Part shown: positions 1 through 13,200 of the stretch, in pieces | How positions within the stretch are numbered: position 1 is the first letter of the stretch | Layout of the letters: the number at the start of each line of letters is the position of its first letter | Assembly (NCBI GenBank): GCA_965285935.1 | Contig: OZ260661.1 | Location: 54,002,001 to 54,066,000 of the forward strand | Source: Ophelia neglecta | Lineage: Eukaryota | Length of the DNA stretch: 64,000 nucleotides | Direction: 5' to 3' | The notes under the pieces: generated by a model | The model's input: the letters and a program-made list of their open reading frames with translations, nothing else | What the model was told of the DNA's origin: nothing | Databases searched by the model: none | Position numbers and translations under genes: made by a program

Positions 1-359
1 GTGAGGCTTGATCTCTTAAAAGAATTTACATTGATTTTGATGACCTCACATTTAGGCCAGTCTTCATTTGTAGTTTTCTGTAAGAAGGTAAACATTTGGA
101 CAGCTACTGTTGGGTTAACTGATTGCTATCATAATCAATATATGTCTGACATCGAAAGTAGTTCTGTATGTCTCATTCGTCCTTATTTATATATAAATTA
201 TGTGCATATAAGAAACACCCAGCAAAGAAACGTGCTGCGTTTTCTAGGAAATTGGGTGCATACACACGCCTTTCCCTCTTAAATAATGTGAGAGACTTTA
301 TTTTGAGAACTGTTATAAAGTTAGTAGTAAAGCGCAAACGTCATGTAGCGTTGCAGAAT

Positions 360-720
360 AACTACGCGTAAAAATAGACCTATCGTTTTTACGCCAACTG
401 TGGGCCGTTTAGTATTCGTAGGTTCCAATTGATTTGAGGCGAATGTACTATAAGTATGGGTCAGAAACGTTAGAAAAGTCGTCGCCTGGCCTATATATTT
501 TTACGCCTGCTAGATGGCGCTGCACATTTCCAGAAGACCAAGCATAGGGGACCATAAATAGGGTTTTCACAGATGTCCCACAAATAAATCAGAAAAAAAC
601 ACAGGCGTAAGAAGACTATATAAGATAAGTCTTCGCCGATCTATATTGTTTTACGCCCACTAACGTGTTAATGTTGCCACATAGGGTAGGCGTAAGAAAA
701 AGTCGACATGGCTGTAGGCC
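360..720. mobile_element. Probable DNA-transposon terminal region with subterminal TTTTACGCC/GGCGTAA repeats
   Basis: About six copies of the motif in both orientations, an end-like TAACGTGTTAA at 661-671, and a CTCF-like CTGCTAGATGGCGCTG at 507-522. Confidence 0.35.
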
Positions 721-1079
721 TGTTGTAAGAGAGCATTTTAGTGGGAAAAAGTAAATTTAGAACTAAATTTTCATTTCATTTAATAACAAGTTTCGCAAAA
801 TTCAGAGAGAATTCCTGTTAGAAGTAAAATAAATCCGAGACGCAGCAGAACATTGTGTGATTCCGATTTCCCAGAAGGCTTTGCAGCTCTTTCAGATCAG
901 TCCGCCTGCTCGCCGCGCGGTTTATCATCGTGTGCAATTTTTGAGAAGACGTTAAGTTCAATAAATCGTCGTTTCGAATGCTAGGCCCTACATGTTTAGT
1001 CTCCACAATTTCATGATGATGTATTCTGAAATAGGGACTTTTTTAAATACTACAGCAGCAAACCGATGAGGGCCTAGAT

Positions 1080-3830
1080 TCAATGATGAACAACTGTGTT
1101 CAAGAGACTAAGTGCATGTAAACAGCTCTGATCCACCTCTAATATGTGGCTTGGCTTTCGCTCATTTCCTCCAAAGTTTTTAAAATATAATAAGATTAAC
1201 CTACTTTCTATTCCCTCCGCCAAATGAACAAAAATGATAGCAATTGCCAGCATGGCACAATTTCGTGGCAAGAAATTCATTGCCGTTCCGATCTAGCTCC
1301 CAAACTTGATAACTTCGTTTCCTAGGGCTTATATTGTAAGCCACATAATACTCAATGTATAGGATAGCTCTGGTCTGCAAGAGATATGTGGAATTTTCAA
1401 ACGGTACCCGGGGCTTTTAATAAGAAACGCCTCAATCAAATCAATAGTTGACCGCCGGTGCCGGACAGCTGTCATCTTACGGCAAACCTTTGAATAATGC
1501 AAAATATCTCGAACCTAAGTGAAAAGAGGTAGCGCCCTTTAAGTCTCACTTGTGATCGTCTACACACACTTCAAACATATTGAATTTTTACGTTATCAAT
1601 ACGGTCTATAGATGGGTTACACTTCATATAATTTGTAAGAGATTAACACGGCAGCTGCTGGGGCTATTCAAACTTCTGTAGAGCCCGACAACATTTCAAA
1701 CGTCATTTCATGGTATTTAACCGAGAAACTCGACACAGCTTATGTCGAGGAATTTGTTTAAAAAGTGAAACAAGATAAAAGGCAACTAAGAAATGGAATG
1801 TAATTTACTTTCTAATAATAAATTACATATATTAAGACATACAGACATGTTTTCTAGCAAACTACGTATTACTGTAAGATTAAAGGATTTGAAATTAGTG
1901 CATTCTTAACAAAATACTTCCATTTAAATGATTTTTGAAACCAAATAAATTCATGTACTGCCGCCTTTAATTTCAAATATATGAACATCAAAGTAAAGAA
2001 CCATATAAAATGAAAGACACAATTTACATTTAATTGAAATAAATAATATTATAATTATTGTATTCAACATAATGCTAATGGCAAATGTAATTACAGTACA
2101 AAGCATTTTTTATTATAAGAAAGATTCAAGGCCCCTATGAATTGATGAAATGTTGTTGCTCATTGCACGTTAAATGCCCTATATGTATCTTATTGTATAT
2201 CAGACAGATGCAAAGAAAATTGTTTCAGTATGCGATTTAAGAACATAATTGGAAACATATTCATAGTAAAATTAGTAAAATTAGTAAAATAATAAAAGCG
2301 TTAAATGTATTTTTTAATAGATATGATTGATTGTTATGGGGCATTTATTTGGCCCTACATATACCAAAATAGTCAGAGGTTTTCGGACTACATAGGGGGC
2401 CTATTCCCGACCTGTACAATATATTGTCGCGAAAAATATCAATTTAATCAGTCCAAATTCCTTTAAAACTAGCACCTGCAGCGCCACAACAGGGGCAACG
2501 CAGCGACACCAACATCAGTCCCCACTCCTGCTCCCAACAGTAAATAAAATTAAAACAGAATTAAAAAATTAAAGCTGATATTACTTGCAGAATTAGTCAA
2601 CAGTTTTCCGTGACGTGAACATGACCACAATATAAACAAGCCAGTGGCCATGGGAAGACAATGGTGACCTATGCCCTAGGTGAGTCTAAGATTGAATAAA
2701 TTCACATAAATTTCAGTGTAATTGAAACCTTTAATTTACATTAGCATTGGGGTTTTACTGATTAAAACATCCTTTTGCATCTACGATTTATTCCCCAATA
2801 AAGCTCTTTTCGTCATTACCCCCAGGATATCTTTTGAACCCAAGTCACATGGTCAGCAAGTTTTTTTTCGAATCAAAAAGCAGTATACCTGCGGAATGTC
2901 TATGTTCCATACTCGCTCTAACAATACTACAATGATACGCTTAGTTTTACCAATAGATTGAAAAGCAGCGTAGGCATGAATCCATAGCCAGCAAGAACGT
3001 AGTCAAAAAAAAAGTTCTAAACCTACAGATCTACATGCGATAACAAGACGTGTGGCCTGCATCGAATTTGTATTAAGTAAAAACACCTTCACAAAAGACT
3101 CACTGTTCTCGTGCATTTTTATACCATTCTTCTGTTCATAGGGGTATAAAATCACTTATCGGCGCGGACGTTCACAATAGACAATATTATCGTTACAGCG
3201 TTGGATGCAATTGAACAAAGGGATTATTAAACCTAAAAGGATAGTTTCATTTAAAAATTACCAAGTTTTAAGTTTTCATTAAGTGCCTCAAGAAGGTTCC
3301 TTTGTGCTGCTATTTGACAATCCCTTGTCAATCAAACTTTCCATGGGGATTTCTTTGCTTTACCCACCATGATTTTCCGCAATTTGAAGGATAAGCATTC
3401 TAACCTCTTTTTGTGTTTGTTAAATTGCGAATGCCCTTTACATCATTGTAAACAGCTACAACGACACAATTCTTTGACTTGTTATTTGCTGTAATAAAAT
3501 TCCTTGTGATTTCTACATCAAACCAAGGAATTTTAATTTACTGTCGCATTTTTGTTTATTAGAGCTAATTCATCTAGTGCAGAAAGAAAACAATGTCCAT
3601 ACTAGTAAACTTTTACCAGCAGTTTAAACTTTATCACAGCTAGTTAGTTGTTACCAATCAACAGCCAATGGCGTCGTTTCCATCCCAATAGTTGTTCGTA
3701 TATCGTGAAGGAATATTGTAGTGCTAACCCAATTTACTATAGTAACTTTTTCAATGTACAAAATAGTAAACAAAGAATTTTTCAAACAAGAGACAAAACT
3801 CCTGACAACATAGATAATAATTTCCTCGTC
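1080..3830 (-). pseudogene. Possible decayed TIR-domain coding remnants (several segments)
   Basis: Minus-strand frames with scattered stops read ...DILHYS...SPGYRLKIPH..CRP...MNFLP...HLAEGIESRLILL (about 1515-1180), ...LYPYEQKNGIKMH...SMQATRLVIA...LRSCW...KRIIVVLLERV..DIPQV..LIRKKT (about 3160-2860) and PWFDVE...NCVVVAVYNDV (about 3530-3440). Similarity to the TIR consensus is by eye only. Confidence 0.3.
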
Positions 3831-5258
3831 TACCCTTTAATCAAACTTTTGTTATTTGTAACCAGAGTTAACTCATTACTCATGGTCTTAAGTAGAAGGT
3901 CTTAAAACTGGAGATTTAACGTTAAAATAAATAAGTATGTTTCCATTTGATCAGTTTCAACCAGTATATATGGTTTGTGTTGCGCAGGTGTTGAATTAAA
4001 ATAATTTAGATTAATTTACTTGCTCATGTGTTTTCGGTAAGGTAAATGGCAGTGTTAGTACCTGAATTAAATTAGAATCATTTTGTCCAGATCATCACAT
4101 CAATATTTGGAAGTGATGACATCAACCGATAAGGTCCATCACTTGTAAAGATGAGCGACATTGATTCAACAAGTAGGCCTACGCTCACAAGTCATACCCC
4201 TGCTACCATACTCATTAAACATTGAACTGATTTTGACCTATAATGATCCCTTAAACCCTGTCATTCTAAAAAAAAGTTGATATAATTTATTTTATGCGTC
4301 TTTTAACAGTATTGACTTCGTCAACGAGACAGGATTCCCGGACAAATGAAATTAAGGAGAGGAAATTCAACCTAGGGTCTGAGCAGAAATAACTCAACTT
4401 AACGATTAGGAATGCCATGTGTTGCTTTGAGCATCACCGTCTATGTGGGTTTACTGTGTGTTCAAGTCACGGTGTCGGAAAATGTGATTAGGCCGTTCAT
4501 ACATGGAGCCTTTGTAGTGTCAATAGAAAACGGTTCATTTCATTTGATGGGCAGACGACACGAATTTGTTCCGTTGATACCCGGGACGGGTCAGAAATGC
4601 ATACGGAGGCCATAATTGGCTAGACATGCTCGAAATCTCGGCTGACGTGAATAACGTTTGAATTGAAATGATCGATCGAAAGAAACGTTTAATCTGGAGG
4701 TAGAAGGTCCTTCTGCATGGTGGGATTTTTTATATCTGTCGACCAGCTACAACCTAGACTTTACAGTGTTAATGCAGATTTTTATAATATTCCTTTATAT
4801 AGGCCTACTACTAAGCATTAAACAGGCCTGTTCCCCTCAGCACAGAAAACCCGAGTCAATTTTGAATTTATACTGATCCATAATTGAGCAGACTAGCTAA
4901 GAGTGTTTCCAATCACACAAACATCATTTTCTCAAGACACATTTTTAGAAATTAAATTGGCATGGTCAAAACTGAATTAGATTTAAGATGAACATGGTTT
5001 AATCTTACAGATCTAATACAAAGTGACCTGCATCCTTCTAATAATTGATTAAAATCAACGGCAATAACAACGAAAGGAAGAAAAAAGGCCCAAGAAACAG
5101 GTGGTCCTCTGAACTGGCTTTTTATAGATAAACAAATCTTGTACATGATTTTACCTTAACTTTTTGTTTAGGTGCCATATACATCATTTCAGGTAATGAT
5201 AAGACATGCTAGTTGTACCTTGTTTTTACCGCAATGATGAAACTTTACCCAGTCTTGA

Positions 5259-5431
5259 CAGTGGCGGATTTAGGGGGGGGGGGTAGGAGACCCCCCCCCC
5301 CCCCAGGGCCGAATTTTGGACCCACGCAAAGTGGTTTCAAAGGGTTGGTACCGGGGACAATCCAAACATTGCCCTTGTCAACCTTGGAAAATTTGCCCCC
5401 CCCCTTTCCTGAAATCCTGGATCCGCCACTG
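5259..5431. mobile_element. MITE with CAGTGGCGGAT termini and 5-bp TSD (hAT-like, non-autonomous)
   Basis: Termini CAGTGGCGGATTTAGG...CCTGGATCCGCCACTG, internal poly-G/poly-C runs, flanked by CTTGA at 5254-5258 and 5432-5436. Confidence 0.85.
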
Positions 5432-6584
5432 CTTGAATATGACTTCAATTTACCGCCAAAAAAGCAAACAGACCTTACTGCGCTGCACGAACTTGATCAT
5501 TCTACTTGAATTTAAAAACTTAAATCCTCTGCATCTAAGAGTATCAATCTGATACCGCGTGGGATTGTGCTTTTTACACGCCTTTAAGATCTCGCTTTCC
5601 AATAGAGTAAAGTCCAACTAAAATGCTCAGGAGTGAGGAAGAAGTTTACATTTCTTACACCAAAATGACAATATTTTATTTTATAATATTGTATAGCAAT
5701 CCGAGTGAGATTCATATCATCAACCAAAACATTACCTCTACAGAAAGTATTAGTTTTAGAAAGTATTGGTTATTTATATATAATAAAATAATTATATCAT
5801 CTATAACTTTATAAAGTACGATACAGGCTCTATACGCCCTTGGTACATGTATTTACATGACAATGATTTCATGTGGAAATATCATGACAAATAACATAAT
5901 CAGAATAAATGTGTCACCAAATTGATGGCGTCCTGTCTTACATTCATAGGCAAAATATTAAGTTGGATACGTCTCTGAATATAGAGTCGTTCAGACAATT
6001 CATGAAAAGTATTTATTTAAAATCAGGCAAGGCAGGTGGACCTGTCGGTACCATACTGGTTGTTTGGAGCAAACTGTCTGTATATTTTGTTGTTTTTTCA
6101 AAGCCTTCGATCCATATTAAATCGTCATATTTTGTTCCATTTAATGGTTAAATCTAGTATTCGTAGACGGGTGATAGACACATTCCGTGATCTGTAAGGG
6201 GACCTGGAGGGTCAAGAAGCCTTCAGTTAGCCACAACTACACTCTTAGCCCTCTATTAGCATATTAACACATTATTATGCATATTATAGACGGATGCCGG
6301 AGATAACTTATTCCTTATGGTACAATCCAAATTCCAGACCATTCTAACATCCCCTCTCATTTATCGGTTGTTGAGAATGGGAGATTCTATCTGAAGGAAA
6401 GCCGTCATTATGATAGTGTTAATTGTGCCCCTTAATGAATGGTCATTTTACCATGTCATGATTAAATACAATTTACACATTTGATCCGAAATGCTGATCG
6501 ATGAACGGGTCAGATGACAGATTAGATCCCTAATTAGGTCACGTTTTACGGCGAGTCCCGCCGGATCATATGATCCAACCCAGC

Positions 6585-7592
6585 TGACAAGTCTATAGCG
6601 CGTGGTACAATATCAGCCCGGCTAACGAGTCTAGAACGTGCTGATATAATATCAGCCCGGATGAAGAGTCTAGAACGCGCTGATATAATATCAGCCCGTA
6701 TGAAGAGTCTAAAGCGCTGATATAATATCAGCCCGGATGACGAGTCTAGAGTGTGCTGTATAATATCAGTCCGGATTACGAGTCTAGAACGCGCTGTTAT
6801 AATATCAGTCCGGATAACGAGTCTAGAATGCGCTGATATAATGTCAGCCCGGATGAAGAGTCTAGAATGCGCTGGTATAATATCAGTCCGGATGAAGAGT
6901 CCAGAACGCGCTGATATAATATCAGCCCGGATGAAGAGTCTAGAACGCGCTGATATAATATCAGCCTGTATGAAGAGTCTAAAAGGCGCTGATATAATAT
7001 CAGCCCGGATGACGAGTCTAGAGTGTGCTGTATAATATCAGTCCGGATGACGAGTCTAGAACGCGCTGATATAATATCAGTCCGGATGAAGAGTCTAGAA
7101 CGCGCTAGTATAACATCAGCCCGGATGAAGAGTCTAGAACGCGCTGGTATGATATCAGCCCGGATGAAGAGTCTAGAATGCGCTGGGATAATATCAGTCC
7201 GGATGACGAGTCTAGAACGCGCTGATATAATATCAGCCCGGATGAAGAGTCTAGAACGCACTGATATAATATCAGTCCGGATGAAGAGTCTAGAACGCGC
7301 TGGTATAATATCAGTCCAGATGACGAGTCTAGAACGCGCTGATATAATATCAGCCCGGATGAAGAGTCTAGAATGCGCTGATATAATATCAGTCCGGATG
7401 ACGAGTCTAGAACGCGCTGATATAATATCAGTCCGGATGAAGAGTCTAGAAGGCGCTGATATAATATCAATCCGGATGATGAGTCCAGAACGCGCTGGTA
7501 TAATATCAGTCCGGATGAAGAGTCTAGAAGGCGCTGATATAATATCAGTCCGGATGAAGAGTCTAGAACGCGCTGGTATAATATCAGTCCGA
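6585..7592. repeat. 39-bp minisatellite, about 26 copies (consensus GCTGATATAATATCAGCCCGGATGAAGAGTCTAGAACGC)
   Basis: Directly visible tandem array. Each unit holds a 17-nt inverted repeat GCTGATAT-A-ATATCAGC plus CCGG and TCTAGA palindromes. It explains the 13-aa-periodic ORFs at 6751-7670. Confidence 0.97.
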
Positions 7593-10500
7593 TACACACA
7601 AACACCTGTCCTGGGGAGTAATTATCGTAATTATCGTGATGTCATGTACTCGCGGGTTAAAGGAGCCTAATACCCTTGTAAACATACAATCTCTCGTCTC
7701 GCAAGCTTCTTTGACGGGTGACATAGGCCTAAATACCACCGACGTATTTTACAAAACAGTTTGTATCGAAATGTTTAGTTAATATTGACAGTGCATGTCT
7801 ATTTTCAGCTTTCAAATATAAAGAAAACCGCCACCAACGGTGAACTTTTTTTGTCCTTAGATATAAGGCCTGAAGCATCTTATGAAGAAGTCTCACCAAA
7901 TTCAATTTTGATCGAATGAGGCAGTTAGCCGTAAGATAGAAGAACGTCTTAAGTTTTTGCGTATTATATATATCAAGGCCTAATGGATGGATGGCAGGCT
8001 CTATCTGATGATGTTGAAAAGAAAACTTACGAAGCTCATATTCAGTTACAGTACAGTTTCGAAAATGTGTGCAATGTTCGAGGTGGACGTAATTGAATTT
8101 TTAATATTCTTACAAATTTCGCAAGATGAGTTACCATATAATTGAAAGAAGTTCATGCTTACTTTGTATCTTCCATTGTAAGTAACTGGAATTTTCGCTT
8201 AATGTAATAACCGCGATTTCTCCTCCCCTTCAATTGCTGTATGCGTTGAATGTAATAGTCAAAAAGTAACTGTGATGTACATAGCAGCAAATTGAAAATC
8301 TTATGCATAAAATATATCAGTTTTTTTCAAATTTTTAAAACTGATGATTGAAAAAAGAATCTTATACTTTAACAATCTATAAAATAAGGAGAAAATGGGA
8401 TTGCTAGAGAATGTGGACAGCATCTTCATTCACTTAATTAATTGGCTGTCTGGGCGATAGGAAAGGTAATTACGGTACACCGCATTTATAAGTTAAGCAG
8501 ATATCTCTTTACAAATAGGCCTTTTATATGAAAGGACGGACACTGCTTTTTTACTGATTGCGGCGTGGGTTGCGAAATAAACTACTTTTGAGAGCTTCAA
8601 ATTGTTCAGCCCTTCCCATCGTCCGCGAAATGATTCAGAATTTAATTAAGTTCGAAATTGAACGGAAGCAGCGAACCCAACCGAATAGGAAGGCAGCTTA
8701 TATGCCAATATGATGTTTAAATATTAATATATTGTATCTTACATCTCACTTACAAAAAATAGGTACCCACTCAGTACAAATTCATTATTTCGAAATTTAT
8801 TTACAATTGTATCGACTCAAACTATGTTGTAATACAGGTATTATTGAAAAAAGTCTTCTATAACTTAAAATAATGCCGTATCGGTTTTAGATTTGAACCA
8901 CTTTTCAAATTTTGAAAATCCCTGCGTTTTAAAATAATTGAAAAAAGATGTACAATAATATACTACTTATATGGATGAACAAATGATTACCCTTTTAATA
9001 TTTTCATAATTTATGAATTAAATTTTCATCTCCTGGGATTGATTTCTGTTAAACAAAAAGTAGTATAAGGATTTCCAAACCAACCATTTGCATCGATACA
9101 TGTATGTTCGTTTAATGTTAACTGATGTACAGTTTGAACAAACTCGAGTTGGATTTTCTAAGAATTTTCCTTTCAAAAGGCCTGCCAAACTACATAGGCC
9201 TATACATTGTATAAGTATATAAGTTAACTTTTTGTTATGTTCACACTTGTTGATCACTTCTTTTTCGTATATTGACTTTCTTTTAATTTAGTTATAGGCC
9301 TATTGTTGACGTGAAACATCACACATTGTTACTCGTCCTTTCTCCGAAGTAAGGAGTGAAATATGTTTAAGAAAGTCTGGATAGTATGGATAGTATACAA
9401 AATGGGACTCTGTACTGGCAGTTTTGTAGACTTTAAAGAGTACAATAACCGCATCTGACATGCCTTATTGAATAATACCTGTACATCTTCCTGACAACTG
9501 TTCTTGACATACAGAGAGAGTAGAACCACAAATAGATCAGTGATGTCCAAAGACTCAGCTCTTGAAATCGAGTTCGGTAATCAACTTTAGTTTGGTAATT
9601 TAATTAATCCGACGTATTTATCTGCGCATAGATTATAAAAGCTTACTGTTGACTTGGTATAAAAACTGAAACATGGTCGACAGATAAAACATTATAAAAT
9701 CATACCACGGAAAGACTCATTAAGACTTACATTTGTTTCAATAAGAGTGATAAATATATGGATTTTACCTCCACTTCACGCTTCACAGATCATTGTCCCT
9801 GTCTCCTTACGTTTCAAATGTCACATTTTCGTCTCTATTTTCTGTTAGGCACTGTACAATTAAAATAAAGTTTCTTGTAGATTTATTTTTTTTTAAAGGC
9901 ACAATAAAAAAAATTGAAACGATATTTAAAATTTTAAAAATTCTGAAACTCTATGTCCATTGAGCCGAGTGCAATGTACTAAATTTAGCTGCAACGGTCC
10001 AAGCCTAAAGACACGGGGAGAGCTTACCCACAAGATGAATCCTACGTATCTATAACCCCCCCCCCCCCCGGCACCGCCACCATGGACCAGATGCTGCTGG
10101 TATGGGCATTCTATATGGGTTACCGGCGTGTTTGTCGATTTGTAGCATGTCAGTAGTCGTTTTGGGCAAGTAACCCACCAAGTCTGAAACCAACACAAAT
10201 AGCGGAGTGTAATTTTTAAAAAGGCTGATGTCGAAAACCATCAAACTAATTTAGAAATAAATAAAACGATAGAAGATGCACTAGATCACGGGGAGATCAT
10301 GCTGCAAGCGTCACAAGGTGTATCATAGTTGCGATGTCAGGCTCAACAACATTGGCTTCCGGCAAAATTGACGCCAGAGGTGTCTCATCACCACTAGGTC
10401 GATGATGAAGGCAATGTTATGTTCAACCTGACAAATTTTGCCATTCATAATGAGGGGCCCAGATTGAGGATAGTGTACCGATAGGTGCACTTGCCCTGGT

Positions 10501-11621
10501 ATGTGATACCAACACCTGGGCAGTTCTCACTGAGCCGAGGAACACAGCCTAGGATCCCTGAGAAGTTTTTTTTCCTCCTGTCGGTTGGTATTCAAAACAA
10601 AGCAAAAGCAAAATGTCACCCGGAACATGCTCATATTTGAAATTGTGAAGATCTGACGAACGATACCCCGAAATTGACATCTGGTATACTAGCATCGTTT
10701 AAAAAAAGAATGGGATCTAGGTTAGTGATTGAATAGGGATCTGAGAATCCGAAATGAACACCAATGTCAATTTGAGGACTTGACACATATGCAAAATGTG
10801 CTTTCCTAGAGGTTTCCTATGTTGTTGTGGGTTCTATCTCCTATAATTAAGGCTAAAAATCGTGATTTTAATGATTTGACCTTGAACATGATATATTAGG
10901 TCAAGTTCAAATCTGAAAATTATATTTTTCCACAAGTCTGTACACCCCCAATTGTAAATTATGTAATATATGGTCTAACTGCCGTAATAAAGAAGGTAGG
11001 CTGAATATAAATATTTCCTTTAGTAATTTCCGTTATCAATGAGAAGATAATGTTTTAAAGTTATTACTCAACACAATCCCGGATTTTGGCCCAAACTAGA
11101 TGCCCAAAAATGATTGAGGAAAAAGCTGCAACAGTCACCTTTGAATCGCACAATAAAGAAAAGTGTTGATTGGATTATTCTAGCTGCAAGAAAACAGAAT
11201 AAACAAATTCCAAAGGTTTTTTTCGATATCGCACGTAAAAGGACTTGGAATGTTGCATATAGTATGAATAAACATGTGCTTAAATTAGCCCAATCAAGCC
11301 TCATAAAGTCTAAAAAAGAGATCAAAGAGCAGTGACCAAATTATAGTAATACTACTTCATTTGGTAGCCGACGAACTATTTCATCAAATCCCCATCGTAA
11401 CTCCTATAGACGTATCATGTGTAAGGCCTACCTTTTTCTACGTAAAGGGACTTAAAATTTGTCTTAAATAATTTCCCTATTCCAAAGACATTTCCTGACA
11501 TTTCATTTATATCGAATTTTTGAAACAATAATACTTGCGAAAAGTAAGTTATTTACATCCCTACTTTTAAACCGTCATAGACTCTCTTGTGGCACATTTC
11601 ATCTCTGTCCCACTTTGACCA

Positions 11622-11670
11622 CTGACTCCTTTATTTTGTGATCTGACTCCTTTATTTTGTGATCTGACTC
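11622..11670. repeat. 21-bp tandem duplication
   Basis: CTGACTCCTTTATTTTGTGAT twice, then CTGACTC. Confidence 0.9.
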
Positions 11671-12207
11671 GCATCGAGGAAAACTGTTCACTGCTCCTCA
11701 TTACAAATGATATTCGAATGTTTATTTTTAATGTTTATTAACTGCTTGGAAACTGAACATTGATCTATTGATGCATGTGGTGCTGTGGCGACTGGTTCGT
11801 AATGATTTATACCCATTAAATGAACTAGTATAGAACAATGGTTTGACTTTGTCTGCCAGGTGTCCACTCCCGTTTTTTATTTTCGAATTAGATATAATTT
11901 TATGATTTATCTAAGTAACGCAAGCTCCTTGATTAGAAATTATTATACAGATACAAACTAACGCCTACAACAAATATTGTGTTGGCATTGTGATATGCGT
12001 TTGCCGGGAGCAAGATTTTGTGTCTTTAACTGTGCATGTCTAGGTATGCAGTTTGCAGTGAACAAGCTTAAGAGTTCCGATAGATCAAGAGTAGCTCAGA
12101 AGTGAGGTATGGCGCGACGAGCCGCTGGTCGATTTCGCGCCTCCCCCGCAAACTACACGAGCGACCAGCATCAAAATGGGCACAAAATTGCATGGGTGTA
12201 ATATGAG

Positions 12208-12240
12208 TATAAAAGAAGGGCTCTGGCCCATTGCTACATT
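12208..12240 (+). promoter_or_regulatory. Candidate Pol II core promoter (TATA box + initiator), probably of the kinin gene
   Basis: TATAAAAG at 12208-12215, with a CA(+1)TT initiator-like site whose A (12238) is 30 nt downstream. A CpG-rich patch (12110-12170) precedes it and a consensus donor AAG|GTAAGA follows 25 nt later. Linkage to the kinin exon is inferred. Confidence 0.55.
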
Positions 12241-12398
12241 AAAAGTGATATTGAAGATCAAGGTAAGAAATCAAAACATTTAGCTGCTTTACATTTCTAC
12301 CGTTTATAGATAAGTTTGCAAGTTTACAGTTGTTCTGACGTGATCTGTCCCGTCAAAGAAGGTAAACGGCCTGAGGGGGTGCTTTCTCTTGGCTCAAG
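12238..12398 (+). other. Candidate non-coding 5'UTR exons (12238-12262 and possibly 12330-12398)
   Basis: Two identical donor contexts TCAAG|GTAAGAAA (GT at 12263 and 12399) and an acceptor tttacAG at 12328-12329, defining a 67-nt intron. Neither candidate exon contains an ATG. A CRE-like TGACGTGA sits at 12336. Confidence 0.45.
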
Positions 12399-12599
12399 GT
12401 AAGAAACAATGAGTTTTTCTTCATTTTAATTCATATCATAATTAAGTAAAACAATTGATTAAAGTATTTGATTTGCTGACCTCCAGCACAATTAATGTAA
12501 TGAATTAAAAGTCAAGCGGCATGAGTGTTTTTCTTTACCTGGTATAAAGTTTAAGGGAGACCTATGCGAGAAGAAGGATAACTTGAATGTCAGGCAATA

Positions 12600-13200
12600 A
12601 GTTGTGATAGCAAAAACATTTATGATTTGGTATATTCAAAGAGAAATCGTAACCTACTGGGCACAGTTGCTGTGAATACAAGCTAGCAATACCTAGGTTT
12701 AGTCACTTTTTGTTTTTATGAACCTTCGCTCCAAAATGAATACTAGATTAATCAAAGCAGTGGTACAATGGCTTCTTGTGGAGCCAGGCAGGCCAACAGT
12801 GAAGAGATCAATACTGTCAAAACCATATCAACAGGGAGGCTTAAAAATGCCGATCTCAGTGCTCTTCGAATCACTTGAGTTGGAATGTAAGAACTCACCA
12901 TGTTGGTAGAGGATGGCTGGTCCTACGGAAAAGTGATATTCCGCCGGTAATATTGGTGTGAGCATGAGCAAATTTTTATATATTGCAAACAAATAGTACA
13001 TAGAAATATGTTATAAATATCCCTATTTGCAACATTTGTAGAAATTAGAAATTGCATACCTGTTAAATCCTTTGTGGGATGATTGATGTGCAATGTTAAG
13101 ACAAATGTTGGATGAAAACACAGAAAATGTTTAATATTCAATTAGTTTATTACGAAATTTAGCACAAACGATTATTTTTTAGGCTGTGATTATTTGATTG
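12600..13200 (+). mobile_element. Degenerate L1/Tx1-clade LINE ORF2 fragment (region C-terminal to the RT domain)
   Basis: Across frameshifts it reads RNRNLLGTVAV...LAIPRFSHFLF...PTVKRSILSKPYQQGGLKMP, resembling the L1/Tx1 pattern LTLLG+..+KSLA.PK..H...+KR..L..P...GGL.+. Stops and frameshifts are present; boundaries are approximate. Confidence 0.65.

Noticed and set aside
1203-1280. Signal-peptide-like exon MNFLPRNCAMLAIAIIFVHLAEG on the minus strand with a possible GTAGGT donor
   Set aside because: No promoter, good acceptor or downstream exon was found; equally explained by chance or by the TIR-like relic.
4310-4700. Acceptor followed by a 67-aa ORF with a hydrophobic N-terminus (4412-4615)
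   Set aside because: No recognisable domain or partner exons; cannot be supported without transcript data.
5213-5552. Gly/Pro-rich ORFs (likewise at 57783-58047 and 60219-60419)
   Set aside because: Translations of poly-G/poly-C runs inside MITEs.
6585-7592. CRISPR-like array (palindromic repeat at regular spacing)
   Set aside because: The sequence between palindromes is nearly identical in every unit, so there are no unique spacers; there are no cas genes and the context is eukaryotic.
6751-7670. Long ORFs of 94-266 aa on both strands
   Set aside because: Products of a stop-free 39-bp unit; frames break at repeat indels and there is no supporting gene structure.
10265-10510. Coding-looking GC-richer patch (a similar one lies at 20740-20930)
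   Set aside because: Interrupted by stops, no family recognised, no coherent splice pair.
10870-10920. TGACCTTGAA...AGGTCAAG as a nuclear-receptor element (also about 55040-55080)
   Set aside because: These motifs sit in repeat-like context and are typical of dispersed invertebrate repeats; regulatory function is unsupported.
11050-11335. Further TIR-like wording (QIPKVFFDIARKRTW) on the + strand
   Set aside because: Too few matching positions to distinguish from chance.
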